Positions 19,884 through 29,271 of a stretch of DNA of 64,000 bases are shown here, in pieces. The stretch spans positions 98,424 to 162,423 of the forward strand of contig JAPPLW010000103.1 of assembly GCA_028819345.1 (NCBI GenBank), written 5' to 3'. Position 1 is the stretch's first letter; the number at the start of each line of letters is the position of its first letter. The position numbers and the translations under genes were made by a program. The notes beneath the pieces were generated by a model that had not been told where the DNA came from, made no database searches, and saw only the letters and a list, made by a program, of their open reading frames with translations. This DNA comes from a bacterium (GTDB lineage: Bacteria > Actinomycetota > Acidimicrobiia > Spongiisociales > ZC4RG35).

Positions 19884-20935
19884 ACGACCTCGTCACCACC
19901 CTGACGCGGTTGATCGACATCCCTTCCGTCACCGGGGATGAGGCCCGGATTTGTGATTATGTCGCCGAGAGGCTGTCTTCCAACGCTCCCGGGCTCTCCC
20001 AGCACCGGGTCGGCAACTCGCTGGTAGCCGTCACCCCCGGGGAGGGGCCGCTGGTGTTGCTTGCGGGCCACCTGGACACCGTGCCCTCCCAGGGCCAGCC
20101 CCCTGCGTACATCCAGGGCGAGAGGATGTACGGGCTTGGAGCCTCCGACATGAAAGGCGGCGTGGCGGTGATGCTCCACCTGCTGGAGGATGCGGATCAG
20201 TCTTGGCCCTACCGGTTGGCCGGAGTCTTCTACGAAGCCGAGGAGGGACCGTTCGCAGAAAACGGGTTGGAACCGGTGCTCAACGAATGCGGGTGGCTTA
20301 CCTCCGCTTCCTTCGGGGTGCTGCTGGAGCCGTCCGACGGCGAGATCCAGGCTGGTTGCAACGGAACGATGAACGCCAAGGTGACCTTTAAAGGGAAGTC
20401 ATCTCACTCCGCCCGGCCGTGGTGGGGAGAGAACGCCATCTCCAAAGCAGGCGCGTGGCTTTCGCAGATGCATGACCGGCAGCCGGCGCCGGTGGACCTG
20501 GGCGGACTGATATACAAGGAAGTGATGTCGGTGACCCTTGCCGAGGGTGGGCTCGCCGCCAACATCATCCCCCCGACGTTCGCCGTGAACCTCAACTACC
20601 GGTTCGGCCCGCACCGCAGCATCGCCGAAGCGGAGGAGGAAGTGCGGAGAGCCTGCGAACCGGCCGACCACGTGGAGATCGTTGACGCCGCTCCGTCGGG
20701 CGAGGTCTTCACCGATCATCCCCTGGTGGCCGAGTTGGTCTCCTCCGCGGCAGTGGGGATCGGTCCCAAGCAGGGCTGGACCGATGTCGCCCGGATAGCC
20801 GCCCGCGGCGTTCCGGCGATCAACTTCGGGCCGGGCGACACCTCGGAGGCCCATACCGCCGACGAGAGCATGCCGCTCGATCACCTCGACTTGGTGTACG
20901 ACGGGTTGAAGAGGGTCCTTTCGGGATCGTCATGA
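19880..20935 (+). CDS. dapE: Succinyl-diaminopimelate desuccinylase (M20 family)
   Basis: GTGA overlap with the dapD stop. N-terminus LIDIPSVTGDE. AGHLDTVP and GLGASDMKGG metal-ligand motifs. 351 aa, as in the actinobacterial short DapE. Confidence 0.85.
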   Translation: MNDLVTTLTRLIDIPSVTGDEARICDYVAERLSSNAPGLSQHRVGNSLVAVTPGEGPLVLLAGHLDTVPSQGQPPAYIQGERMYGLGASDMKGGVAVMLHLLEDADQSWPYRLAGVFYEAEEGPFAENGLEPVLNECGWLTSASFGVLLEPSDGEIQAGCNGTMNAKVTFKGKSSHSARPWWGENAISKAGAWLSQMHDRQPAPVDLGGLIYKEVMSVTLAEGGLAANIIPPTFAVNLNYRFGPHRSIAEAEEEVRRACEPADHVEIVDAAPSGEVFTDHPLVAELVSSAAVGIGPKQGWTDVARIAARGVPAINFGPGDTSEAHTADESMPLDHLDLVYDGLKRVLSGSS

Positions 20936-21966
20936 GCGGGGTCTCTCCCTCCCGCGATCCGGACCGCGCAATCCTGGACCTCTTGACGGTGGGGAGGGTC
21001 AACCTCGACCTTTACTCCCAGCAGATCGGGGCCCCGTTCGAGGAAGTGACCGGGTTCGAGGCCATGGTGGGCGGGAGTCCCACCAACATCGCCATCGGGA
21101 CGGCCCGGCTGGGTCTTCGGTCAGCGGCCTTCACCGCGGTGGGGGAAGACCAGGTGGGGGACCTGGTGCTTCACAGGCTGGCCGCCGACGGGGTGGATAC
21201 GAGGTTCGTGCTCCGCAAGCCCGGTCACCTCTCCTCCCTGGCCCTCTTGGGGGTAGAGCCTCCCGACCACTTCCCCCTGATGTTCTATCGTTCCGACCCG
21301 GCCGACATCCACCTCACAATCGAGGACGCGGCCTCCCTGCCGCTGACAGACATCCGGGCCATCCAGCATTCGGGGAACGCCTTCAGCCGGGGGGACTGCG
21401 CGGAGACCGCCCGGTGGCTGGTGGAGGAGGGGCAGCGCCTGGATCTGTCCTCCTTCCTGGATCTCGACATGCGGCCCGCCGAGTGGCCCGATCCGCGCGA
21501 CTACGGAAGGGCCATGCGATTCGCCATGGTTCGCGTGGATGTCGTGATCGGCACGTACGAGGAACTTTGGGGGGCGCTGGCGCCCGACCCGGGCCCGGTC
21601 CTCACCCACGGCCCCCTGACATCTTCGCAACTCTCCGCAACCGAGGAGATGGTGTCCGATCTGGCCCTGCGGGCAGGCGGTCCCTCGACCGTCGTTCTCA
21701 AGCGGGGGGCCGACCCCACCTGGCTGTTTCACTCCGACGGGACCCGCCAGGAAATCCCGGGTTACCCGGCGGAGATCGTGAACACCGTGGGCGCCGGGGA
21801 CTCCTTCGCGTCCGGGGTGATCTATAGCCGGATGACCGGACAGGACTGGGTGGAGTCGGTGAGTTTCGGCAACGCCTGCGGCGCCATAACCGTGAGCCGC
21901 CCGGGGTGCTCCACGGCTTTCCCCACCCTGGACGAAGTGAACGAATTCCGGTCTGGATCGCCCTGA
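20932..21966 (+). CDS. iolC: 5-dehydro-2-deoxygluconokinase (PfkB family)
   Basis: ATGA overlap with the dapE stop. N-terminus DLLTVGRVNLDLYSQQIG..VGGSPTNIAIG is typical of IolC. PfkB signature NTVGAGDSF. Adjacent to iolB. Confidence 0.8.
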   Translation: MSGVSPSRDPDRAILDLLTVGRVNLDLYSQQIGAPFEEVTGFEAMVGGSPTNIAIGTARLGLRSAAFTAVGEDQVGDLVLHRLAADGVDTRFVLRKPGHLSSLALLGVEPPDHFPLMFYRSDPADIHLTIEDAASLPLTDIRAIQHSGNAFSRGDCAETARWLVEEGQRLDLSSFLDLDMRPAEWPDPRDYGRAMRFAMVRVDVVIGTYEELWGALAPDPGPVLTHGPLTSSQLSATEEMVSDLALRAGGPSTVVLKRGADPTWLFHSDGTRQEIPGYPAEIVNTVGAGDSFASGVIYSRMTGQDWVESVSFGNACGAITVSRPGCSTAFPTLDEVNEFRSGSP

Positions 21967-21994
21967 GAAGAGGATCTGAGCCCGGCAGGACAGA

Positions 21995-22840
21995 CTAATA
22001 GAGAGGAAGGCGAGGGTCGGTGAGTTCGGTCTCCCATGCCTCCCAGAGCCACTCGTATGCCGGATCGGTGCATATCAACCACTCCCGTCCGGGCTGGGGT
22101 CCGGCCATAACGTTCAGGTAGTACATGTGATGACCGGGGGCGGCCACGCATGGCCCGTGGTATCCCCTCGGCACCAGGAATAGGTCGCCGCTCCGGACGG
22201 TCACGGTCTCATCGATTTCTGAGTCCAGGGTGTAAGTGCGGTGGATACCGAAGCCCCCGGGCCCGTCGATCTCGAAGTAGTAGATCTCCTCCAACGGGGT
22301 CTCGCCCTCGGCCAGTTCGTCGTGTTTGTGAGGTGGGTAGGACGACCAGTTCCCCGCCGGAGTGAGCACCTCCACCACCAGCAGCTTGTCGGGACCCGGA
22401 ACGTCGGCGGTCAGGAGGTTATTGATCTGGCGGGTGGCCTGTCCGGCGCCCCGCAGGTCCACCCTCACCCCTGAGGCCGGGTAATACCGGGGCTCGGTGG
22501 CCCTGGTGGCCCGAGAGGTGGCGACACAGAAGCGGCCGCCGCCGGTTGAGTAAATCGTCATCGTCGATCCCTGGGGGAGGAAGCACAGGTCGGTAAGGCC
22601 CGAAAACACGTCGGTGCGCCCCTCCAATTGGTATGAGGCATCGGTTGTCTCCACATGACAGGAACCCCCGAGAGGGACAACCGCGGCTTCGGCTTCCCCC
22701 AACTCGATGCGACGGCTCTGTCCGGCCGCCAGTTCGATCACCGTCAGGCCGCACCAGTCCCAGCCCGCCTCCTCGGGAGTCAGCCGGATGGGATCGGTCC
22801 CGTCCACCAGGGACCCTGCGGGCCGGAGCAGGGAGGTCAT
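21995..22840 (-). CDS. iolB: 5-deoxy-glucuronate isomerase
   Basis: Cupin core with SSYPPHKHDELAEGETPLEEIYYFE, characteristic of IolB. 281 aa, in an iol gene context. Confidence 0.85.
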   Translation of the reverse strand: MTSLLRPAGSLVDGTDPIRLTPEEAGWDWCGLTVIELAAGQSRRIELGEAEAAVVPLGGSCHVETTDASYQLEGRTDVFSGLTDLCFLPQGSTMTIYSTGGGRFCVATSRATRATEPRYYPASGVRVDLRGAGQATRQINNLLTADVPGPDKLLVVEVLTPAGNWSSYPPHKHDELAEGETPLEEIYYFEIDGPGGFGIHRTYTLDSEIDETVTVRSGDLFLVPRGYHGPCVAAPGHHMYYLNVMAGPQPGREWLICTDPAYEWLWEAWETELTDPRLPLY

Positions 22841-22861
22841 GTCGCCGCCATCCCCGGGCGC

Positions 22862-23809
22862 CTAGAGGTCGGGATGCACTATCCGCGCTGCCCTGTCGAC
22901 CCAGCCCTCGACGTCATCATCGGCAGGGTAAATGAGACTGCGCCCGGCCACCAGTCCCCTGACGGTGGGCGCCTCCATCGCTTCGGCCCAGGAGGCCAGA
23001 AGCTCGTCGCCGCGATCCCCCGGGTCCCCTCCCAGGAGCAGGACCGGTAGGGAGGAAGCAGCGAAGACCCTGTGGGGATCGGAACTGGGAGGGGGGAGCT
23101 TCAGCCAGGTATAGGCGCTGGTGGGACCCAGCCCGGAGGCTATGTTGATCACTCCGATCAGTGCTTCAGGGCTGGTGTCGATCTTGAGCGTTCCGTCGTC
23201 GCCTCGATAGGCGGGTAGGGGTTCAACCATCACCGCGAGGGGAGACTTCTGGCTGGTGATCACCCGGATCGCCCGGGCGCATTGATAAATGGTCTTCAGG
23301 CTGTCGGGGTCATCGCGATCGATCCGTAGAAGGAGTTTCCCCCCGTCAAGATTCATCTTGAAAAGACCGCCTGTGTGATAGGCGGTGATGGGATCGTCCA
23401 ACTCCCACGCGGACCCACTCAGGCCGCCCCGGTTCATTGAGCCGAAGACCACCTTATCGTCCAAGAGCGACGATCCGGTCAACGATCCCAGGAGCAGCAG
23501 GTCCTCGACTATGTCGGGTGTGGCCAACAGTCCGTCCACTCCCGGATGGGATAGGGCAGTGCTCAGCCGGGAGAGAAGATCCCGGCGGTCGGCCATGCGC
23601 ATCGGATCCCCGCCCACGCCGATAGCCCCGCGGGCAGGGTGGTCGGCTGCCACCAGGAACAGCCGGGCGCCGGTGGAGGTCCCGCCGCTCAACTGGTCGT
23701 GAGGAGTGAGCAGGGGTCGGCGTCGACGACTCCGGGCAAGCTCCAAGGCCTTGTGCGGCGCGTGGGCGCGGAGGTCGATCAGTCGCTTGTACAGGTCTGC
23801 GGTAATCAT
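22862..23809 (-). CDS. (beta/alpha)8 aldolase-family protein (Cgl0159/DUF2090-like); candidate 5-dehydro-2-deoxyphosphogluconate aldolase
   Basis: LFLVAADHPARGAIGVGGDPMRMADRRDLLSRL..HPGVDGLLATPDIVEDLLLLG..GSMNRGGL matches what I recall of the inositol-cluster-associated aldolase-like family. It is co-oriented with iolB. Confidence 0.6.
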   Translation of the reverse strand: MITADLYKRLIDLRAHAPHKALELARSRRRRPLLTPHDQLSGGTSTGARLFLVAADHPARGAIGVGGDPMRMADRRDLLSRLSTALSHPGVDGLLATPDIVEDLLLLGSLTGSSLLDDKVVFGSMNRGGLSGSAWELDDPITAYHTGGLFKMNLDGGKLLLRIDRDDPDSLKTIYQCARAIRVITSQKSPLAVMVEPLPAYRGDDGTLKIDTSPEALIGVINIASGLGPTSAYTWLKLPPPSSDPHRVFAASSLPVLLLGGDPGDRGDELLASWAEAMEAPTVRGLVAGRSLIYPADDDVEGWVDRAARIVHPDL

Positions 23810-23833
23810 TGGCGTCCGTCGTCTATAGAGTCG

Positions 23834-24421
23834 GTGCTGAACGTGTCAACCTCCCGGAGATTAACGCAGGGGAAGTCGGGTCTCTTCCGTCTTCTGGCGC
23901 TGGGGCTGACATTGGCCCTGATCCCCTCATGCGGGGAGCCATCACCTTCGCTGGCCTTTCCCGAGGGTACCCCCTCCGACCTGCAGAATCTGAGCCAGGA
24001 CGTCTGGGAGGAGTTCTTGGCGGTCTTTCCCAACCAGTCGGACTGCATGGGCGAGGTGACGCTGGAGGGAGACTGGAACCTGGAAGGATCGCGGGGCTTC
24101 TACCTCCCGGAACAAACCAGGGTGGTGCTGAAGATCCCGGCCACGGCCGGGCATCTGCGCCACTCACTGGTCCATGAGTTGGCGCACCACCTCGAGCATG
24201 CCTGCCCCGACCATGCAGAGCTTCGGGTCGCATTCCTGGCGGCCCAGAACCTGGCGGGGGACACTCCCTGGTTCGAGGGGCTCTCCTGGGAGGAGACGCC
24301 GTCCGAGCAGTATGCCGAGACGGCGGTGAGGCTGGTGCTCGACAGACCGGTCTGGAACTACCGGCTTCCGCTGACCTCCGAGGCCGTGGAGACGGTGAGG
24401 GATTGGGGTGGAGGCCCATGA
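23834..24421 (+). CDS. Lipoprotein with an HExxH zinc-metalloprotease motif
   Basis: Signal peptide with lipobox (LTLALIPS-CGE). SLVHELAHHLEH motif. GTG start at 23834 or 23843. Divergent from the aldolase-like gene. Confidence 0.55.
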   Translation: MLNVSTSRRLTQGKSGLFRLLALGLTLALIPSCGEPSPSLAFPEGTPSDLQNLSQDVWEEFLAVFPNQSDCMGEVTLEGDWNLEGSRGFYLPEQTRVVLKIPATAGHLRHSLVHELAHHLEHACPDHAELRVAFLAAQNLAGDTPWFEGLSWEETPSEQYAETAVRLVLDRPVWNYRLPLTSEAVETVRDWGGGP

Positions 24422-24446
24422 CGCGACCTCCACCCCTGGCAAAGGA

Positions 24447-25229
24447 TTAGCTCCCTCGTCCGGTCGCTTCCGCCAACTCGTGCTGGAGTTGCTCGAGGTC
24501 GGCGCCGCCGGCCATCATCTGGATCAGATGGTCGATCGGCACCTCTTCCTTGGCGTAGTCGCCGAGGATCTGACCGCGCTTGAGGATCACGAAGTGGTCC
24601 CCAACCGGGTAGGCGTGGTGGGGGTTGTGGGTGATGAAGATCACTCCGATTCCCCGGTTCCGAGCTTCGACGATATACCGAAGCACCACACCCGCCTGCT
24701 TGACTCCCAGCGCGGCGGTGGGCTCGTCCAGGATCAGCACCTTGGCGCCGAAGTAGACCGCCCGGGCGATGGCCACCGACTGCCGCTCTCCACCTGAGAG
24801 GGTCCCGACCGGCTGGTCGGGGTCGCGGATGTCGATCCCCATCTTCGCCATCTCCTCACGGGTGATTCGCTTGGCGTTCTCGATGTCGAAGATCGGTCCC
24901 GCCTTGAGGGGCTCGGACCCCAGGAAGAAGTTCCTCCAGATGGACATCAGGGGGATCATCGCCAAGTCCTGGTAGACGGTGGCGATGCCGGCGTTCAAGG
25001 CCTCGCGGGGCGACTCGAAGAGCGTCTCCTTGCCTTCGAAGAAGTACTTGCCTTCACTGGGCTTGTGGACACCGGCGAGCGTCTTGATCAGGGTCGACTT
25101 TCCCGCTCCGTTGTCGCCCAGGAGACAGGTGACTTCTCCGGGGCGAACGAACATGGACACGTTCTGGAGGGCGATGACGCTGCCGAAAAACTTGGATACT
25201 CCTTGGATTTCCAGGATCTTGTCGCTCAT
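24447..25229 (-). CDS. Sugar ABC transporter ATP-binding protein (single-domain, CUT2-type)
   Basis: Walker [13 protein letters not shown] signature LSGGERQ. Walker [15 protein letters not shown] overlap with the upstream permease gene. Confidence 0.9.
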   Translation of the reverse strand: MSDKILEIQGVSKFFGSVIALQNVSMFVRPGEVTCLLGDNGAGKSTLIKTLAGVHKPSEGKYFFEGKETLFESPREALNAGIATVYQDLAMIPLMSIWRNFFLGSEPLKAGPIFDIENAKRITREEMAKMGIDIRDPDQPVGTLSGGERQSVAIARAVYFGAKVLILDEPTAALGVKQAGVVLRYIVEARNRGIGVIFITHNPHHAYPVGDHFVILKRGQILGDYAKEEVPIDHLIQMMAGGADLEQLQHELAEATGRGS

Positions 25230-26260
25230 CGTTTGCTCGCTCTCTGTCGTATGAAGTTGTTGAAGATCACGGCCAGTACGAGGATGCCGCCCACGAACAC
25301 GCGGAACCAGTCCCCGTCAACGCCGGTGATGATGATGCCCTGCTGCACCATGGCGAAGATCAATGCGCCGAACACCGGTCCGAGCACCGACCCGTAGCCG
25401 CCGGTCAGGAGAGTTCCGCCCACCACCACCGCGATGATGGCCTCGAACTCCTTGAGAGTGCCGCGCAGGGAGTCGGCGCTGTTGAGTTGGGTTGCCTGGA
25501 TGAGGGCCACCGTGAACGCAGCGAGCGCAGTCACCATGAAGAGCGCGATCTTCAGCTTTGCCACAGGGACACCAACGTTGCGGGCGGCGTTGGCGTCGCC
25601 CCCCGTTCCGAATATCCAGTTACCGATGTGAGTCTTCAACAGGACTATGGTCGCGATGGCCGCAATGACAATCCACCAGATGATGGCGATGTCGAACCTG
25701 GCGCCGCCGAACTCTATCTTGGTGGCGAAGGCCGCGGCCCATCCGCCCGAGTCATAGTCCTCGAATCCACCCAACTGGGTCCGGTTGGTCATCAGTCGAG
25801 GAATGGCCACGGCCAGGCCCCGGAAGATGAACAACGACCCCAGGGTGATGATGAAGGACGGCAATCTGGTGGCCATCACCAGCACTCCGTTGAAGAAGCC
25901 GGTGAGCAGGGTGATGATCAAGGCGATCAGCACCGCCATCCAGACGGGAAGCCCGAATCCACCGGCCTCGGCAGGGGTGATCAGCAGCATGATCGCCATT
26001 CCGGCGAATCCCACGATCGACCCGATCGAGAGGTCAAACTCACCGGCGATCATCAATAGCGCCACCGCCACTGCAAGGATTCCCAGCGGGGCGGCGCGGT
26101 TGAGGATGGCGGCGGTGGTGACCCACGACACGAAGTTGTTGTCGAAGGCCACGATGGCAAAGAAAACCCAAACCACCACCAGGGCCAGAAACGCCCCGAA
26201 CTCGGGTCTGGTCAGCAGCCGATTGGCGAGGCTCATTTGCCTTACCCGTTCGTCCGTCAT
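25226..26260 (-). CDS. Sugar ABC transporter permease (ribose/xylose CUT2-type)
   Basis: Polytopic membrane protein of 344 aa. The ATG at 26260 is preceded by RBS AAGGAGG. It lies between the binding-protein and ATPase genes. Confidence 0.85.
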   Translation of the reverse strand: MTDERVRQMSLANRLLTRPEFGAFLALVVVWVFFAIVAFDNNFVSWVTTAAILNRAAPLGILAVAVALLMIAGEFDLSIGSIVGFAGMAIMLLITPAEAGGFGLPVWMAVLIALIITLLTGFFNGVLVMATRLPSFIITLGSLFIFRGLAVAIPRLMTNRTQLGGFEDYDSGGWAAAFATKIEFGGARFDIAIIWWIVIAAIATIVLLKTHIGNWIFGTGGDANAARNVGVPVAKLKIALFMVTALAAFTVALIQATQLNSADSLRGTLKEFEAIIAVVVGGTLLTGGYGSVLGPVFGALIFAMVQQGIIITGVDGDWFRVFVGGILVLAVIFNNFIRQRASKR

Positions 26261-26375
26261 AGGACAACCTCCTTTGGTCTCGTCTCCTTTGGTCTCCTTG
26301 GGTAAGAACCTAGCAGGCAAAAGGAAAGGGAGGCCGGTAAACCGGCCTCCCTTTCAGACGGTTCGGATTGGCTGC

Positions 26376-27407
26376 CTAGCGCAGTCCCTCCTCCGAGAAG
26401 GAGATCACATCGGCTGCGTTGTCAGCGGTTACCAACTGCGGGCCGGTCAGGACAACCCTGTCCACGGAGCCGAGCGGGAGGCCGCCGGTCTCGTGGAACA
26501 TCGTCAGGAGCACGATGGGCAGGTAGCCCTGCGCGTACTGGTACTGGTCGATGGCGAAGGCCATGTCGCCGGCGCCGATGGCCTCCAGCACCTCGGGGCC
26601 GAGGTCGAAGGTGGCAAGCTCCACCTGACCCAGCATCCCCAGGTTCTCCATGGCGTTCAACGCCGGGATGGCGCCGGTCGGCCCAAGGGCCAGGACGCCG
26701 TCGGGGTTGCGGGAGGACAGGGCGCCCTCGATGGCGGCCTGAGCGCCCGTCGGGTCGGCGAGGTCAACGGGGATGACTTCCACGCTGCCGCCCAGCCCGT
26801 CTTCGAAGCCCTGGCACCGTGAGTCGAGCGCTGCGTTACCGACCTCCTGGTTGATGCAGAGCGCGTTGCTGACTCCCATGGCGCCCATCTCCTGTCCTGC
26901 GATCAGGCCGGCCTCGTACTCGGTCTGACCAACGTGGACCAGCACGCCGAGGTCGGCGAAGACATCGGACCCGGAGTTCATGGAGATCACCGGGATGCCG
27001 GCTTCCACCGCGGCGCGAATGCTTGGCCCGAGGGCGTCGGCGTCAGGAATGGTCACAACCAGACCGTCGGGCTGGGAGGCCACCGCTGCGTCGATGATCT
27101 GGGCCATCTCGGCCATGTCGAATGTACCGGGGGCCTGGTAAACGACCGACACTCCCATGTCTTCCTCGGCGGCCTTAACGCCATTGGCGGCCACCGACCA
27201 GAAGGGGTCGGAGGACTGACCGTGGGATACCACGATAAAGCTCAGGTCGCGTTGGGCAACCGCATCCGCAGGGGCCGTGGTCGGCTCCGAGGCGGCCTCT
27301 TCTGCCGCCGCGGTGGTGTCCGTGGTCTCCGCGGCGTCGTCTCCGCCGCAGGCAGCCATGATGAGGGCCATAGCGGCCAACACGGCCAGCAGGTATTTGC
27401 TTCTCAT
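26376..27407 (-). CDS. Sugar ABC transporter substrate-binding lipoprotein (PBP type I); probably inositol-binding by context
   Basis: Signal peptide with lipobox ([10 protein letters not shown]). An Ala/Thr/Glu linker, then a periplasmic-binding-protein fold ([12 protein letters not shown]). The ATG at 27407 is preceded by RBS AAGGAGA. Confidence 0.85.
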   Translation of the reverse strand: MRSKYLLAVLAAMALIMAACGGDDAAETTDTTAAAEEAASEPTTAPADAVAQRDLSFIVVSHGQSSDPFWSVAANGVKAAEEDMGVSVVYQAPGTFDMAEMAQIIDAAVASQPDGLVVTIPDADALGPSIRAAVEAGIPVISMNSGSDVFADLGVLVHVGQTEYEAGLIAGQEMGAMGVSNALCINQEVGNAALDSRCQGFEDGLGGSVEVIPVDLADPTGAQAAIEGALSSRNPDGVLALGPTGAIPALNAMENLGMLGQVELATFDLGPEVLEAIGAGDMAFAIDQYQYAQGYLPIVLLTMFHETGGLPLGSVDRVVLTGPQLVTADNAADVISFSEEGLR

Positions 27408-27537
27408 AAGGATTCGTCTCCTTTCGTAAAGGGTTGTTTCTGCACTCCATCCGCAGACGGCAGAGGGACCCTGCCTACTGGGGGGAAACAACCTGTGTGA
27501 TTATATAGCATTCCGGAAATCCAACGGGTCCGTACTC

Positions 27538-28446
27538 TCATTCCTCTCTCCGGTGCTCGATCATCACCGCCAGTTCCCTGAGATACCGGACGCTGGTGGC
27601 GGCGTCCTCCACCGGCCCTTGGCGAGGTGGTGGCGCCCCGTCGAGAATCTTGTCCTGCTCGAGGACATACCACCCCTGGTATCCGGCGGCTTCCAGAGCG
27701 GAAATCACCCCCTCGACGTCCACGTCCCCTGAGCCGAGGGGTCGGAACATTCCGCCTCTCACGGCTTGACGGAAAGTGACCTCGCCGGCGCGGACCCGGG
27801 CCGCGGCCGTCTCGTCCACATCCTTGAGATGGACGTGGGCGATGCGGTCGGGCACGGTGCGGGCCACTTCCAGCGGGTCGATCCCTGCCAGGAACATGTG
27901 GCCGGTGTCCAGGCACAGGGAGACGTCTGTCTTGGCGAGGACTCGATCCAAGTGTCGGGGCTGTTCCACCGCCATGCCCCAGTGTTGATGAAGCGCCACT
28001 TCCAGGCCTGCTTCGCCGGCCTGGGCTATGAGTCGTTTGAGGTTGCGGTCGAAGGTATCCCAGTGGGTGGCGTCCAGTTCACCGGAGAGGTCATAGCCGT
28101 TCTGGGGAAGGACCGGTCCCAGCACCATGGCCTTCGACCCGCAGGCAGCCAGGGTCTTGATCGCCCTTCGGGCGTAGCCCTCCTGCTCTCCGCTGCGGGA
28201 GGGGAGATGAAGGAGGAGGGGGACGAAGCCCCCCACCACCGCGAGGCCGGCGGCCGCCGTATTGCGGCGGACGGTCTCCGGAGTTTCTCCCAGGAAGCAA
28301 TCCGGTCCCAACTCGGTGGCCGAGAGGCCGATGGACGCCATCTCTCCCAGCACCCGGTCGCTACTGAGGAGGTATCCCCATCCGGGAGACCCGTCCACAC
28401 CCCAACTGATGGGGGCCCCGGCGATGCGATCGGTGAGGGAGGTCAT
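27538..28446 (-). CDS. iolE: Xylose-isomerase-like TIM-barrel protein, inosose dehydratase-like
   Basis: The N-terminal IAGAPISWGV motif and the LCLDTGH and HVHLKD metal-ligand blocks are typical of IolE/sugar-phosphate isomerase TIM barrels. ATGA overlap with the upstream SDR stop. Confidence 0.7.
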   Translation of the reverse strand: MTSLTDRIAGAPISWGVDGSPGWGYLLSSDRVLGEMASIGLSATELGPDCFLGETPETVRRNTAAAGLAVVGGFVPLLLHLPSRSGEQEGYARRAIKTLAACGSKAMVLGPVLPQNGYDLSGELDATHWDTFDRNLKRLIAQAGEAGLEVALHQHWGMAVEQPRHLDRVLAKTDVSLCLDTGHMFLAGIDPLEVARTVPDRIAHVHLKDVDETAAARVRAGEVTFRQAVRGGMFRPLGSGDVDVEGVISALEAAGYQGWYVLEQDKILDGAPPPRQGPVEDAATSVRYLRELAVMIEHRREE

Positions 28447-29258
28447 TTGCGTGTTCCTTGGCTGGGCGGCGGTTGAGAAGCAGGACCGGCCCCGAGCACG
28501 CTTTGGTCGTAGTCCATAACCGTCCCGGTCATCAACCCGGAAGCGTCGGAAGCAAGAAAGGCAATGGCTTCCGCTATTTCGCCGGGTTTCAATAGCCTTC
28601 CGAAGGGAGACCGGGACTCGGCGTCGGCAAGCCAGTCCTCCCCGGCCCCTTCGCTCACCTGGGTCACATGCTCGGCTGGGGTGTCGGACCATCCAGGCTG
28701 GATGCAGTTCACCCTGATCCCGTCCCGCATCACCGCATAGGCCACGTTGCGGGTCAAGGCAGCGAGGGCGGCCTTGGAAACGGAATAAGGTGTGATGTGG
28801 GGCGGTCCGCCGTGAGCTGCGACGGAGCCCACATTGACTATGGTTCCTCCCCTTTCCTCCCGCCTCATGATCCGGACGGCCTCCTTTATGAGGAAGAAGG
28901 GGGATCGGACGTTGATGGCCATGATCTCGTCCCACTGATCCCCGGTAGTGGATTCGATCGATCCCCGGGCGGTGGTTCCTGCGCTGTTGACCAGGATGTC
29001 TATCCGCCCGAAGGATCGGTCAGCGGTCTCGATGATCTGCTGGTATGCGTCGGGAAGCCCCAGGTCGGCGGCGACGAACACGACTTCCGTCGGGGTACGG
29101 CTGCGGATGGAACGGGCGACCTCCTCCCCTCGGGGACGGCTTCGCCCCGTGAGCAGCACCCCTTCGGCGCCCCGATCGGCGATGAGCCGGGCCGTGGCCT
29201 CTCCGATTCCGGAGGTGCTACCGGTGATAACTGCCGTCTTGCCCGCGAATGAAAACAT
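28443..29258 (-). CDS. Short-chain dehydrogenase/reductase (SDR)
   Basis: Cofactor motif TGSTSGIGEATA. Catalytic YSVSKAAL (YxxxK). NSAG motif. 271 aa from the ATG at 29258. Confidence 0.85.
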   Translation of the reverse strand: MFSFAGKTAVITGSTSGIGEATARLIADRGAEGVLLTGRSRPRGEEVARSIRSRTPTEVVFVAADLGLPDAYQQIIETADRSFGRIDILVNSAGTTARGSIESTTGDQWDEIMAINVRSPFFLIKEAVRIMRREERGGTIVNVGSVAAHGGPPHITPYSVSKAALAALTRNVAYAVMRDGIRVNCIQPGWSDTPAEHVTQVSEGAGEDWLADAESRSPFGRLLKPGEIAEAIAFLASDASGLMTGTVMDYDQSVLGAGPASQPPPSQGTRK

Positions 29259-29271
29259 GGTCTGACGAGGT

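Noticed and set aside
27538-28935. N-terminal extensions of several track ORFs (for example 465 aa for the iolE-like gene, 574 aa at 19211-20935, 443 aa at 32803-34134, 380 aa at 5438-6580)
   Set aside because: The extensions run through the 3' ends of upstream genes in other frames. Internal starts that give ATGA/GTGA coupling or sit behind good RBSs produce proteins of canonical length with intact N-terminal motifs.
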